DNA of 63,969 bases from Ginglymostoma cirratum (GCA_024137785.1 JAHRHZ010000022.1:26194792-26258760); one strand, 5' to 3'; counted from the stretch's first letter, positions 50,130 through 63,732 are shown. Numbers and translations are program-made. The notes: generated by a model from the letters alone, not told the origin.

Positions 50130-53100
50130 AAACTATCTATATCTCTCTTTCTGTCATTGTCACTGCTCACCTTCCCACCTATTTTCGTGTCATCCGCAAA
50201 CTTGGCTGTGGTACATTTACTTTCTTCATCCGGGTCATTAAAATAAGATAGAAATAATTGTGGGCCCAGCAGCGATCCTTATGGCACTCCACTGATTTAT
50301 AACTTGCCATCCTGGAAATGGCCCCTTTATCCAAACTCTTTTTTTTTAAATAGTTGTAGAATATTACAGCAAGAAAAGAGGCCCTTCAGCCCGTCACATC
50401 TGTGCCGATCGTTAAGTACCTATCTAGTATAGTCCCACTTCCCAGCATTTGGTCCACTAGCCTCATGTGTTGCGGCATTTCATCTAAATATTATTAAAAT
50501 GTTGCAAAGGTTCTCCCTGCCTCTACCACTCTTTCAGGCAGTGAGATACAGATACTCATAACTCTGCGTGAAGAAAGTTCTCTGTAAATCTCCTCTTAAT
50601 CTTCTACCTTTTGCCTTAAATTTATGTCCCATGGGAACTGACCCCTCTAATAAGAGGAAATGTTTTTTTTCCTACAGACCCTGTAAATGCCCCTCATAAT
50701 TTTGACCTCAGTCTGGTTCCCCTGCAACCTTCTCTGCTCCCTAGAATATGACTCTCTATTCATCGCTGAAATGCTCCAGCCTCTGGGCAACATCCTGGTG
50801 AAGCTCCTAGCATTCTCTCTAGAACAATAGTGTAGCGACCAGAATTGCACATTGGTTCAGCCACAGCTAGAGTACAATGTCCTATACAGCTCCATCATAA
50901 CCTGCCTACTGTATGCTTTGACCAATAAACACAAATATCCATATACCTTCTTAATCAACTTATCATCCTATCCCATTGCTTTCAAGGATCTTTGGACATG
51001 CGCAAGGTCTCATTGATCCTTACTGTCCAGTATGTTACCATTCATCATGTGCTCCCTTGCTTTGCTCGTCCTCCCAAATGCATCACCTCACACTTTTCAG
51101 GATCAAACTCTATCTGCCACTGTCCTGTCCATCTGACCAGCCTGTCTAAATCTTCCAATAGAATAAATTATTCCTCCTCTTTATTTACTATACTACCAAT
51201 TTCGGTATCGTGTGGGAACTTGCTGATAAAACCTCCAGAATTAATGTCCAAATAATTAATGTACAATACAATCTGCAACAAGTTGAGCATCAAACCTTTT
51301 GGGTATGCCACTGGACAAGGCTTCCAGTCACAGAAACAAACAACAACCAGCACCCTTTGCCTCCTTTCACTAGATCTATTTTGGATCCTGTTTGCCTTAC
51401 CTTCTTGACTAGTCTATCATGCAACACCTTGTCAAAAACCTGACTGAAGTCCATATTGATCATACCAACAGCATTACCTTCCTGCATATACCCATCCACC
51501 ATCTCAAAAAAAATCGATCAAATTTGCTAAAAAATGATCTCTGTGACAAAGCCACGCTGTCTATCTTTGATTAATCCTTGTCTGTCAAAGTGGAGATTCC
51601 TACCGCCATTCTTGAATAATGATAGTGTGTTAGCTGTCTCCCAATCAATGTTTCATCTAAACCTGGGTATTTATCCAATTTTAATCTTGTTAAACTTCTA
51701 ATACCTCTTCCCTCTCAATGTTAATTTGTTCAAGTTTACCGTAGTCGCTCTCCCTGATTTCTGCACCAACCATGTTCTTCTTGAGAGTGAATTAGTTAGC
51801 CGAGCTTCTGTCTGACTTTTCTTATTCTCTCCACAATTCTCATTAACTTCCCAAATTCGTCTTAATTCTTTACAGATATGAGCTGTTTGTCCATATGCTC
51901 AGTTGTGTGTCCCACTGTCCCAAGAATCCATGCCCTTTGTCCCGAAGCACTTTTCTAAAAATACATCTGTCTCCATAATTTGGCTGTACTTGTCTGAGCA
52001 TGCTGATAATTTTGCTGAAGTTAAAATATTGTGATATCCTGCTTCTTGATCTAACTTGTACACCATAGGACTGTAGGGCCTGAATCCTGTTTTTTCCTAT
52101 GTTAATCAACTACAACTTTCATGACCTGCCTGTTTCTAAGTAGTACGCTCATTGAGTTATGTCCCTTGTAACGAATCTAGGAAGCACCTCTGCATTCGGA
52201 ACTTATATTTCTAGTTACATAGAGTCATAGAGATGTACAGCATGGAAACAGACCTTTCAGTTCAACTTGTCCATGCTGACCAGATATCCTAAATAAGTCC
52301 TGTCCCATTTGCCAGCATTTGGCCCATATCCCTCTAAAACCTTCTTTTTCATATACCCATCCATGTGCCTTTTAAATGTTGTGATTGTACCAGCCTCCTC
52401 CACTTCCCCTTCCATACATGCACCACCATCTGTGTGACAAGTTGCTCCTTAGGTCCCTTTTAAATCTTTCTCCCTCTCACCTTAAATCTATGCCCTCTAG
52501 TTTCGGACTCACCCCACTCTGGGGAAAAGACCTTGTCCATTTACCCTATCCGTGCCCCTCATTTTATAAACCTTTATAAGGTCACCCCTCAGCCTCTGAC
52601 GCTCCAGGGAAAATAGCTGCAGCCTATTCAGCCTCTCCCTATAGCTCAAACCCTCCAACCCTGGCAACATCCTCTTAATACTTTTCTGAACCCATTCAAG
52701 TTTCACATCATCATTCCTATTGCAGGGAAATCAGAATTGCATGTAGAATTCCAAAAGTGGCCTCACCAAAGTCCTGTATAGCTGTGACATCACCTCCCAG
52801 CTCCTATACTCAATGCACTGACCAGTAAAGACAAGCATACCAAACGCCTATCTACCTGCGACTCTACTTTCAAGAAACTATGAACCTGCACTCCAAGGTC
52901 TGTTGTTAAGCTAAACTCCAAGGACCTTACCAGTAAGTGTAAAAGTTCTGCCCTGATTTGCCTTTCCAAAATGCAGCACCTCACACATCTAAATTAAACT
53001 CCATCTGCTACTCTTTGGCCCGTTGGCCGATCTGATCAAGATCCTGTTGTACTCTGAGGTAACCTTCTTCACTGTCATTCCACCTCCGATTTTGGTGTGA

Positions 53101-53150
53101 TCTGTAAACTTATTAACCATACCTCCCTATGTTCACATCTAAATCATTTG
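50130..53150 (-). mobile_element. cluster of CR1-type LINE fragments
   Basis: Translates DFSQVFDKVLHDRL, YINYLDINSGGFISKFPHDTEIG and YRERLNRLQLFSLERQRLRGDLIKVYK; (catagagt) tail at about 52220. Confidence 0.88.
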
Positions 53151-53842
53151 TATAAATGGTGGTAAATGAATGTCCAGTCCTTTCATGAGTCTCCTCCTTT
53201 TCAACTACGCTTCCTGACTTTTTGGTTAACCACCTGATCTCTAGTGCTATTGTATTTCTTATGATTTTCTTGCTCAGTGTTGTATGTATTCATCTGTATG
53301 TATTTATCTGACTGTATCAGACACCCCGGAGTACAACTTTCACCTTGTTTCTCCTTTACCCCAAATAGATGGTGATCCACTGTCCGTCCTTTCTAGCAAT
53401 TGTTCCTTTCTATCTATTGGGTGACCATGTCCTGTTGTGTGTGTTCTAGAAACTTCCTTTTCCCATAAAGTACAAAATATCTCTCACATTTAATCATTCA
53501 GAAAATTTGAACTTCAATGAATTTATCAAGATGTGTGTCTTACTTCTCTGGTCGTTGTGGATAAGAGTTTCCAGAGACTCCTGTGATATACATTCTGCAA
53601 AACAATGGTTTCCACTATCTCTCTGTAATAAATTGAATTCAAAAGGATTCAAAGTCACATAATTGACAATAGTTTCAAGCTAACCCTAATCCTTTAATGC
53701 TGAATTCCCAGTTCAGACCAAACACACATTATTCAATTTGCTTGACTCCAACTGCCTCTTGCTTTGAGGTGATTTCAGTAAACTGTACAATCAATGGTAA
53801 CTATTGCAGAAACCTTACTCCTTGGTCTTTCAAATTTAGAGG

Positions 53843-54178
53843 ATGTGGTGCTATAGTGGCAGTGTTACTAGACTAATAACTCAGACCTCCAAGCTAATGT
53901 TCTACAGACGTAGGTTTGAGTTCCACCATGGTAGACAGTGAAATTTGAATTAATTAAAAATTTGGTATAAACAACTGGCTTAACAGTGACCATGTAATCA
54001 CTATTGATTGTGGTAAAAATCTATTTGGTAAACTAATGTCTTTTAGGGAGGGAAATTTGCCATCCTTACTCGTGTGACTCCTGACCAACAGCTATGTGTT
54101 GACTTCAGGAAAATTAGGGATGAAGAATGAAAACTGTCCCAGCCAGTGACATTTGCATTCTATGAACAAGAGAAAAAA
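53843..54178 (+). mobile_element. tRNA-derived SINE, same family as 27335-27684
   Basis: Head tagtggcagtgttactagactaataactcagac...ggtttgagttccaccatgg, with shared body and tail. Confidence 0.75.
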
Positions 54179-54455
54179 TCCTATTCTATCCCAGTGCTGA
54201 AATCCTGTTCAGCCAGTCTCCCGTCAGCAAATATTTACTTTGTTAGCTTCTTGACATTGTGACTTTGTTCATCTAATTTCTCAATAAACAGCTATAGTTC
54301 CTTTCCCAATTATTTATCTGCTATAAGAATCTAGTGTCTTACGAAAAGTTGTAATTCCTGTTTTATAACCTCCCAGTTATTCTTCTTCTCAATCATCATC
54401 TCCTCCATTCAAAGGCTATAACTGTTAGCTTTAGTTGTGCTTTTTACATTCACAG

Positions 54456-54572
54456 TTGGAGCAATCTCACCAGGCAGTCTTTAGGCTGCATGAACAAAAC
54501 AAGGAGCTGCAGGGGCAGCTCAGGGCTGCTCTGGAGAGGGAACACAATGCACGGGACGGTTATGTGCTGCAG
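54456..54572 (+). CDS. MPRIP: MPRIP-family exon, coiled coil (phase 0/0)
   Basis: Acceptor ttcacag and donor gtgagc. Translates LEQSHQAVFRLHEQNKELQGQLRAALEREHNARDGYVLQ. Confidence 0.93.
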
Positions 54573-55376
54573 GTGAGCAAACGGATAGCTATTATGTTGC
54601 ATTGATCTAGTCTGTTATGCATCATTTTGGGCTTGTTAATATGTCAAAACTCTTGTTAACTGCTGTTGCATTCCTGTATTTTAAATAATCAGCCACAGCA
54701 CTTGATTTAATTTTAAGAATAGCACACTAAGAATAGTTCTACGTTCGTATAATTATAAATGTACACATGTGCCAAAGAAACACATTGTATATTACAATGC
54801 AAGTAGCTCACCTGTCCAGTACTGTAAATTCTTACTAATATATATCTAGCGTATTTTGTGCTTAGTGCTCTAATTGCATGTTTGTGTGTGGCACAAAAAC
54901 TAATTTTTGGGGTTACTGAGAATCGCATCTCTGGCCTTTGCTATCAGGACAAAGTAGCTGAAATACCAGACAATATTGAACACATCAGATCTGCTTCTTT
55001 TCCTCAGATCCTTTAATGTTGCATGGCTTTGGTACTATAAGAGTTCTGCATGCCTCTTTGACTCTTGATGTTTCTATATTCTCCGCATTTCAAATTCCTT
55101 GCAATCACTGGTGGGTTTGTATCAGTTTGAATGTTCAGAAATCAGAATATTTGTCCCTCAGTCCGTTTGCTCTTTACTATTCCAATTATTAAGCAATTTA
55201 TTATCAAATACTGGCAGAGAGGTGTGGTAAAGTATGTAACATGGGAAAGGATCACTGTGGACTAACCTACAACATGACACCAACAATACCTTACCTGATC
55301 CAATGTGGCCAGAGGTGTGACACTCAGTATTTGGAGCAAAGAGTGTTACTAACTAGTCTGTCATCATCTTTTAAAG

Positions 55377-58300
55377 TTAAAGGGAATACCCTCACCACCT
55401 TCAGCATGGCAAAGACTCCAAAAACTAAACCAAGATCTCCAAAATGAGTTCATAGCTCAACACCAACATCAAGCACTGGCCGGTCAGCAACTGCAAACTT
55501 TAAAATGGAGCAATGAGGAAGCAAATGATATAATCCGCAAGCAGGAGATGGAAGTACAGAAGCTGCAGGAACAGATAAGTTCCACAGTGTCTGAAGGGGC
55601 AAGTAATGAGCAAGCGATAGCCAAGCAAAACGAGGAACTAACGACTGAAAACCAGTGGATCCAAGAGCCATGGAAAGAATGGAAACAGAAAGAGAAAACA
55701 ATGAGAATCCAATTAAAGAACAGTGAGGGCAGACCATATGTTCCAGAAAATCTAGGGGAAATTCAGTCTCTCAAGGAATCGGTGAAACAACAAACTTTGC
55801 AAAAAGGTTTTCAAGATGGATTGTGTGACATCAGTGAGTTCTGTGCGAAGGAACCAGAAAGGCTCCAAAAAACCTATGGGATCTTAAAACAAACTTACAA
55901 GAAGGAGGAAGAAATCCAAAGCCAAAAGGTGATGGATGCAGAAGAAAAACCTGTGCAGCCTGAAGATATACAACTGATGGAGCGTCCGGAGAAAGACATA
56001 ACAGCAGGTACAACAGAGAACTACCAGGTAATGCACCAATTGGAGGAGAAGAAAATAACAATTCAGACTTTGTCACAATGTCTTAAAGAGGTCAGAAATG
56101 AAAGAGAAAAGCTGAAGTGTAGATGTGAAGAGCTGGTTAATCAGTTGATGTTGGCAGACACAGAGAATGCCAAGTTACAGAATCAGCACACTGAATTTCA
56201 GAGTCTGGAAAACTCATATGAAAAGTTATCTGGTGTGTATCAGCTAACTCTAAAAATGTTGGAAGAGAAAAGTACGGAACTGAAAGAGGCCAGAGAGGTA
56301 CACAAAAACCTCATTGCCACAAAAGACAGAAAGCTTAATGAAGCCCTGGTTAAACTGACTGCACTGGGGAGTAGCCTGGAGGAAGCAGAGAAGAAATTGC
56401 AGGCCAAAGAGGCAGCTTTGCAGAAATTCTGTTTTGCTAGTTCCAACACAAATAGTGTGAATGATGGAGAAGACTTTCAGTTCAAACTAAACACTGCCAG
56501 ATGTGATATTATTGAACTAGAACAAAAATTAAATGCATTACAGCTTGAAAATGAAGAGCTTGAGCTTGAAAATAAAAAACTTAAAGAGGAACTTAAAGTT
56601 TCTGAAAATATTCAACACCAGCAATATAAAGAGTTAATGAAGATAATAGAAGAATTAAAATCTCAGCTGAATTCTTCAGACTCTCAGGCCAGGGAAGCAA
56701 AGTCTTCAGTTTTGGAAAAAGTCAAGTTCAAGCCAGTGGCCTACAGTTGCCTCAATAGGCAAAGAATTAGATTCTCCAGTATACACTGCCAAAAATACAG
56801 TCCAGAAGACAGAACAGAAAAATTGTGGGTCAACAACACTTCAAATAACGCTTTGGGTGGGTGCTGTTCTAAAGAAAACATCCCACCAGATGCACCGGCA
56901 CATGGTGAACCTGCAGAAGCTGAAGCACAGTTGCATGATTCTGTTGTTCATTTACTTGAAAACAAACTTCACGCTTCTGAAGCAAAAAATGATATAAATC
57001 TGAAGTTGGAAGAGCAGCAAGGTAGAAGTGCAGAACATTCTAAGTTGGTAACAACTGAAGTGAAGCTCCCAGACAACGTTTCTAAAGCTGATCCACTGAT
57101 AATGCAGCTTCAAGTGGAAAAGGCACAGAGATGGAAATTAGTCCAAGATACCAGCAGCCAATTAAGGTTGATGCAACTAAAGTATGACCAAGTTTGCTCG
57201 TTGATAGATACATGTAAGCAAAATATCTGGTGTCACCTTGGAGATAAGACAGACCCAAACAAAGATCACTTTTCTAACTTATTAGAAATAAAAAGTGGCT
57301 TGGTTGATGTTTCACATTGCTTGGAGCAGGTGGAAATATTCCTCCAACAGCAGCTCAAAGAGCTTCAAGAAACCGAAGATCACATATGCTGTAACTCAGC
57401 TGATGGTATTGTTCCACTTCAGGAACAGTTTCTGTTGACGAGGGAGAAGGAATTCTCTCGGTTACTTAAGATTTCAGATGAAAACAAACTGAAACTTTTT
57501 GCTGATAAATTAGTGTTTGAAGCTCAAATTCTTGAAAATATGTCACAAGCTTTACTTAATAAAGATAGTGACATTGTACAGAGCTTAGAAAGCCTAAGTA
57601 AAGAAGCTGAGATTTTGTCATCAGATTTTCCTGCTTTAAATATGGTCAGGGAACCAAGCAGTCCTGCACACTTTGCAGATATCTTATTGAGAAAAACCAT
57701 TTCAGACGGAGAATTCTGGATAGAAGTCGAGAAGTTGAGGAAGAATATCCAACCAGAAGAAACTGCTGAAGAAAAAAGGGTAGATAGTAATGTTGGTTTT
57801 ATTAAGGAGTTTGTCACTGGAGCAGCTGACAATGCATCACTTAAAGCAGAGCTGGCTTTCACAGTGCAAAAGATACAAGAGACCTTCAGAGCAAAAGTCG
57901 GAAAACTTGAAGACGATATTCAGGACGCACTTCAAGAAATTGCATACAAGGACAATATGTTGAGAGAGGTTCTAATAGCTTCCAAGACTGATGAGGTCAA
58001 CAAGGTCATGCAGCAACTTTTCGGGGAATGTGAAAACCCAAGAGTTCCTGAGGGAAAGGTAGTAAATGTGGAAGAGCCAGAGCTTATGTCACATGCAAAA
58101 CAAATCAAAAGGGAAGAGGCCCGGAGTCTGGCTCTAAATGTTGTTGATAAACAGTTAAGGAAACACCTTTCTGAAAATAAAATGGAATGGGATTTTTCAG
58201 AAACAGTCAGAGAGGAATTAGCTGAACAACTAAGACAACGAGCTATAGTGCTACAGCAATTATCTGAAGATTTGCAGGCTCCGACTTTTGAGAAATCTAG

Positions 58301-59222
58301 CAATATTTGTCAGAAGCTACAGGAGGTATCAGAAGTGTTGTCTTCCTACATCTATATGCGAAACATTAATAATTATGCATCTGTGTTGGCGCAAGAAGCC
58401 ATGATTCAAGCTCAGATTACTTATGTGGTCTGTAGAATCAGAACAGAGCATGAGAAGGAGCTCAAAATATATAAAGATTCATGTAATAATGTAGACTCTT
58501 TGTGTCAAGAGCACGCAAAAAATCTTGCATCTCTACGGGAAAAATATGAAGAGATACTGAAAAGGGAATGGAATGATTACAGTCTTGCGCTTGCAGAGCT
58601 TGAAAAAGAAAATCAGACCCTCAGAAGGCAGGCCTCTCTGCACAACTCAGAATTAGAACTGAAACAAAAAGAACTACAAGAGTTGGAAGAAAGGTACAAG
58701 CATCATCTGCTCCGGGTTGAAGCAGGGTTCCTGCTGCCATTAGGCAGCAATCTGATCAATATGGAAGAGATGATGAAACAAAGAATGACTGATCAAAACT
58801 GGGAACAGAAACACAGAAAGCCAGTGAAGAAATTAGAAGAAAGTTTACAAAATAACACACAAGAGAATTTAATAATGCATGAAGAGGAAAAGCGCACCCA
58901 ATATGAACAACAAATTCACGATTTAGGAGATTCCTTTGAACATCAAAAAGAAAATTCTGAAATGGTATATCACCAGAACTTCTCAACACCGAACAGTGAT
59001 TGTGATGGAGCAGATGGTTTGTACAACACCGTAGAGGTTGGTAGAAACTTGCAACATGTTGAGAAGCAGGCAGAGTTGGAATCTATGACAGTACTGCACG
59101 ATCGGATCCATGAGCTAGAGGCCCAAATGGACATGATGCGTGATGAATTGGGGCAGAAGCACAAAGAGGGAAGCACTACAGATCTAAGGGAGAAATACCA
59201 GAGTGACTTGGACAAACTGAAG
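55377..59222 (+). CDS. MPRIP: giant (3846 nt, 1282 codon) phase 0/0 coiled-coil cassette exon of the MPRIP-family long isoform
   Basis: The ORF 55548-59234 is open upstream to the acceptor ttttaaag at 55376, with TACTAAC at 55347-55353. It begins LKGIPSPPSAWQRLQKLNQDLQNE, contains LNEALVKLTALGSSLEE, RQRIRFS and DGEFW, and ends LREKYQSDLDKLK before a weak donor gtttct. These motifs match my recollection of the long MPRIP isoform insert between GYVLQ and (A/E)TCERGF. Confidence 0.9.
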
Positions 59223-59774
59223 GTTTCTGCATAAATTAACACTAATACATTTAAAGTAGCAGCTTAAGCTTTAATTATGTAATACACAATGAAACAGTTG
59301 CACTACTGGTACTTATATTCTGACAGGTTGTTCAGATTGAACTATCTAAATAGGTGGCCAGATTCAGAAGACCTCACCAACTGAATCATTTTACTGAATC
59401 ACCCTTTCTTAAACTGCACTAAGAATGCTACCATATAGTGAATGAGTTTGCGGAGATTTCTCTCCAATTTATTTGAAATCAGGATGTCACTTAATCTATT
59501 CATAAAACTGTTATGATGCAGTCAATAGGAAGGCACACTGTCATACCCACAGCAATTTAAAATATTATAGCAGCCCCTATATATACAACATAATTAACTG
59601 AACTTCTTCCCTTCTGAAGGTTTCATAGTTCTTAAACACTCAGCCACCTCTTTAGATCTTTGGAAGGTTTAGATCTATCTATTTCCTACCCATCATTTTC
59701 ACCTTAATACTAAGATACCCAGAAAGATGTGCTACAGGACCACTTGGAAGTTCAATATTCTGAATAGGCAGTCT

Positions 59775-60117
59775 GTGGCAGCATGTGGCTCAGTGGTTAG
59801 CCCTGTTGCCTCACAGCTCCAGGGACCCAGGTTTGATTCCAGTCTCGGGTGACTCTCTGTGTGGAATTTGCATGTTCTCTGTGTCTGCGTGTGTTTCTTC
59901 CGGGTGCTCCAGGTTTCCTCCCACAGTCTAAAGATGTGCAGTTTAGGTGGCTCGGCCATGCTAAATTGCTCAAAATGTCCAGGGATATGTAGGCTAGGTG
60001 GGTTAGCCAGGGGAAATGCAGGGTTAGGGGAATAATGTGGTGGCATGGTCTTTGGAGGGTCGGTGAAGACTTGATGGGCCGAATGGCCTGCTTCTGCATT
60101 GAAGGAATCCTATTCTA
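59775..60117 (+). mobile_element. HE1-type SINE
   Basis: gtggctcagtggttagccctgttgcctcacagctccagggacccaggtttgattcc...gggccgaatggcctg. Confidence 0.88.
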
Positions 60118-61375
60118 CTCTGTTGTAATCACCCTGCTTCTGGCATCCTCTGAAAAAATCTACAGCTGAGTGAAAGCATCACAAACTTCTAGGGTTCCAA
60201 CTTACTTACCTCAGTAGATACCTCGGAAGAGGTGGAGCCAGTTTAAAATCTTCTCCAACTCCCAGACAGCTATAAAACTGAAATCCCTGACTCTCCCACC
60301 CAATTTGACACTTGCCCATCTCATCTCAACTCAACCCAGTGTCATCCAGTGAGGCCTCCCACTGACCGCTCCCTCTGTGATCAAACCCCCCCCAAAAACC
60401 CCACTGCAGGATGACTAACCCACTCTACCACTTTCACCCTCCTGCCTGTCATCCAACTCCCTTACCATTCTCCTCTCTCATGCACCTGCCAACCTACTCC
60501 CTCACCCACGTACTTATCACCATATCCCCCCATACACTTGCTACCCTACACACTCAGCCTGTCACCATAGTCTGCCAGCCACTTACCCTTTCTTTGTGGC
60601 TTGCCAAAGTGCCTTTGGGACCTTTATTCCCCCAGAAGAAGGCAGTTACTACTGGAAAACCAATAGGGGATATGACTGGTGTTCAATGCTGATTCCTGCT
60701 CTGGAGATCTGCATTTCTCAAGAGGACCAAATCTGAAGACTGGATCAAAGACACAGAGCTGTGGCCAGAGTAAGAAAAAGAAATGAAGTGGCAATTCAAC
60801 TGTGATTGCAATTCCTTGGAATATCTGGCCGTTATTTCTGATTCTATTATCATTATCCGATCACACTCAGATCAAATATCTTGAAAACTTGGCATCACGA
60901 ACCACTTATGATAAGATTTTGTACATTTTTAAAAAACATTTTATCCTCCATCCCTGAGCATGCAGACCCCTATTACTGTTCTATATTCCAAGTTATCCAC
61001 TTTTCAAGTATAAGCAAATTGCACGTTTACCACCTGTTTATTTTTTTGGGCACATCACAACCTCTCCAACTACTTGTATCTTTGACAATTGCATTTTTCA
61101 CAAAGTGGTCAAACGTAAACCTTGGATGAGTTTCTCCTCCTAATTCTCAGGGCATTGATGCCAAGTCAACAACAATATTGTTCTGACTCAGTTCATCTAA
61201 CTCAACAGGGTTTGGGACCTGAACAAGGGATCGCCGTGGTCTTATGGTTCAATGTGACATGTCAAATGGTGCATGTACCACTGAGCTATCAAGGCTTGCT
61301 GCTATAGATACTTAATTGAGAATAAGACAAACATTCAGTAAAACAATGTAAAAAAGATGGTTTCCATTCTGGCAG

Positions 61376-61523
61376 GAAACCTGTGAGCGTGGTTTCACAG
61401 CAATGGAAGAATCACATCAGAAGGTTATTGAAGAGCTACAAAAACAGCACCAAAATGAACTAGAGAAACTACAGAAGGAGAAGGATCGCCTACTGGCTGA
61501 GGAAACTGCTGCAACCATAGCTG
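61376..61523 (+). CDS. MPRIP: MPRIP-family exon, C-terminal coiled coil (phase 0/1)
   Basis: Acceptor ctggcag and donor gtaaac. Translates ETCERGFTAMEESHQKVIEELQKQHQNELEKLQKEKDRLLAEETAATIA. Confidence 0.95.
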
Positions 61524-62421
61524 GTAAACACAGCTTTAAAAAATATATTTTAATCAAATCAGGGCCTCTGTTATGCTTTAGAATCAATAACATGCTGCTT
61601 CCCAAATTCTTAACTTTTCGTAACATATAGCAATACCATGGGACATTGTTTTTGGTCTTCACCACAAAATCCAGTCCAAGCCACAGATTCCATCTTCATC
61701 CCTATGAAATGAGGCTGAACTAGATTGGTAGCTAACTTGATGTTGTATGTGACCCCAAGGTAAGCTTCTGAACACATGTTTGCACCATGACTGAGATCTG
61801 CTGCTTCTACCACCATAATGTTGTCTGATTCCATGCTTACCTCACCTACTGCTAAAATATCCAATACCTCTAGATTTATAATATTCCATTGTAGCTTCCT
61901 GTACAGCCTCCCACCCTACATAAACATGAGCTTATTGAAAAATCAACAGTGTGTATCCCTAACTCCCGGCAAGTCCTGTTCAGCTTTTACCACACTGACT
62001 TAACTGACTTCTGGTTGAGAAACACTGCAGTTTTAAAATTCGCATCTTTGTCTTCAAATCCTTGTGACCCTGTCCCTCCGTATCTGTACAACCTCTTCCA
62101 ATATTAAAATCCCCTGAGACATCTATGCCTCTGTTGTTCTGGTTTATGAATTCCTAATTTTAATCACAGCACTATTGATAGGCCCTAGTTCTGCAATTCC
62201 ATCTCAAAGTTCCCTCCTGCGTTATACTCTAAATTGACCAAATTTTTAGTCATCCGCCCCAATATCACCTTAGCTGACCTGTTGACAAATTTTATTTGCT
62301 AATACTCCTGTGAAGCATCATGAGACATTTTAACATATTAAACACGTTATATAAATGCAAACTGCTGCTACTGCTGTTCTTTTACTTTTGAGCCAAACAT
62401 TGTCTTATTGTTTCTTTGTAG

Positions 62422-62539
62422 CAATTGAAGCAATGAAGAATGCCCACAGGGAGGAGTTGGAGCGAGAGTTAGAGAAAACCCATCGGTCTCAGATCAGTGG
62501 CATGAATGCTGATATAGAGGCTCTGGGTAGACAGCATAA
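62422..62539 (+). CDS. MPRIP: MPRIP-family exon (phase 1/2)
   Basis: Acceptor tttctttgtag and donor gtaagc. Translates (A)IEAMKNAHREELERELEKTHRSQISGMNADIEALGRQH(K). Confidence 0.95.
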
Positions 62540-63119
62540 GTAAGCAACTCAATCATGCGAACACTCAGAAATAAGTAGCAATGTATTCTTGATACAATGG
62601 GCTCTTCCTATACAAGATTTACAGTTTGCTATACTGGATAAAACAATGGGCTAGCCTTTGTTAGATTAACATTTACAGATCTTCGTTTTGGCTTCTCACC
62701 TCCAGTGTGAGTATTCTGGATTAGTCTGCATCAGAAGGCCCTAGTGTCAACTACTTGTGTTCAGTTTAACACCGAGCAATAAACGAAATGATATGGAGCC
62801 CCTACTGGATAACCTAAGTTATTCTTTTACATCTACAGATTTTATACTTTACACTTGCGGCAAGAAACTGTTTACTGTTTTGGTACCGTGGTGTCACACT
62901 TCTGACAATGAGACACATTTTGAAAACTTACTTTTATGAATTGAGATCCTGGGATTTAAGGTGAAGGTTCTTGAGCAAATAATGACCAAACTTAAAAAGA
63001 TGCGTATATGTGAGAATTATGTCTGACTGAACATACCTGCTGCTTCTTTCTATCTGATTGCTTGCCTTTTCAATCTGACCTTGCACTGATGATTTGGTGA
63101 TTCTTTGCTTTGTTTACAG

Positions 63120-63279
63120 AGAGGAGATGGGATCTGTCCAGCGGGAGCTGCAGGTTTTGTCAGAGCAGTACTCCCACAAATGTTTGGAAAACTCTCATCT
63201 GGCTCAAGCATTGGAGGCCGAACGGCAGGCACTTCGGCAGTGTCAGCGTGAGAATCAGGAGATAAATGCTTGTAACCAG
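63120..63279 (+). CDS. MPRIP: MPRIP-family exon (phase 2/0)
   Basis: Acceptor tgtttacag and donor gtaaca. Translates EEMGSVQRELQVLSEQYSHKCLENSHLAQALEAERQALRQCQRENQEINACNQ. Confidence 0.95.
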
Positions 63280-63732
63280 GTAACACACAGATATTGCTAA
63301 AATTATCTCAGAACTAGACAGAGGTAAGGATACCCAATGACCAGGATGCAGCAAAGAAAATATGTAATCTTTCTATCACTGTTAATATTGGCCTCTGTGA
63401 CTCTGTACCAGACTCAAAGAAAATCATTCAGAATTTCTATTATTGAACATTGCTCCATGATTCCTTTTGCAAGTCAATGTGTGTGCAATGAAGGCAGAAT
63501 CAGCTGATTAATGTCAGTTGAATCAAAATACATTGAGTAAGCAGGTTCAAGAGTGTGGGTGGACTGGGAATAGCAAAAAGGAGGGAGGAGAATGTTTAAA
63601 GTAAGTAGCCCTGCATTTAATTGCCTAAATGAAATTTCCAGGACTGTAATATTGCAATAAAAACATGTAGAATTATTATTTCTGTGATATTAAAAGATGT
63701 CAACTGATCCCTCAGTCTTATTATTTTTACAG

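Noticed and set aside
55548-59234. 1228-aa ORF as a standalone intronless gene
   Set aside because: The frame is open upstream to a splice acceptor at 55376, and the ends fit in phase with the flanking MPRIP-family exons, so it is an internal exon.
59775-59850. tRNA-like sequences as genuine tRNA genes (also at 22260-22330, 27345 and 39590)
   Set aside because: Each continues into a SINE body and tail; they are SINE heads.
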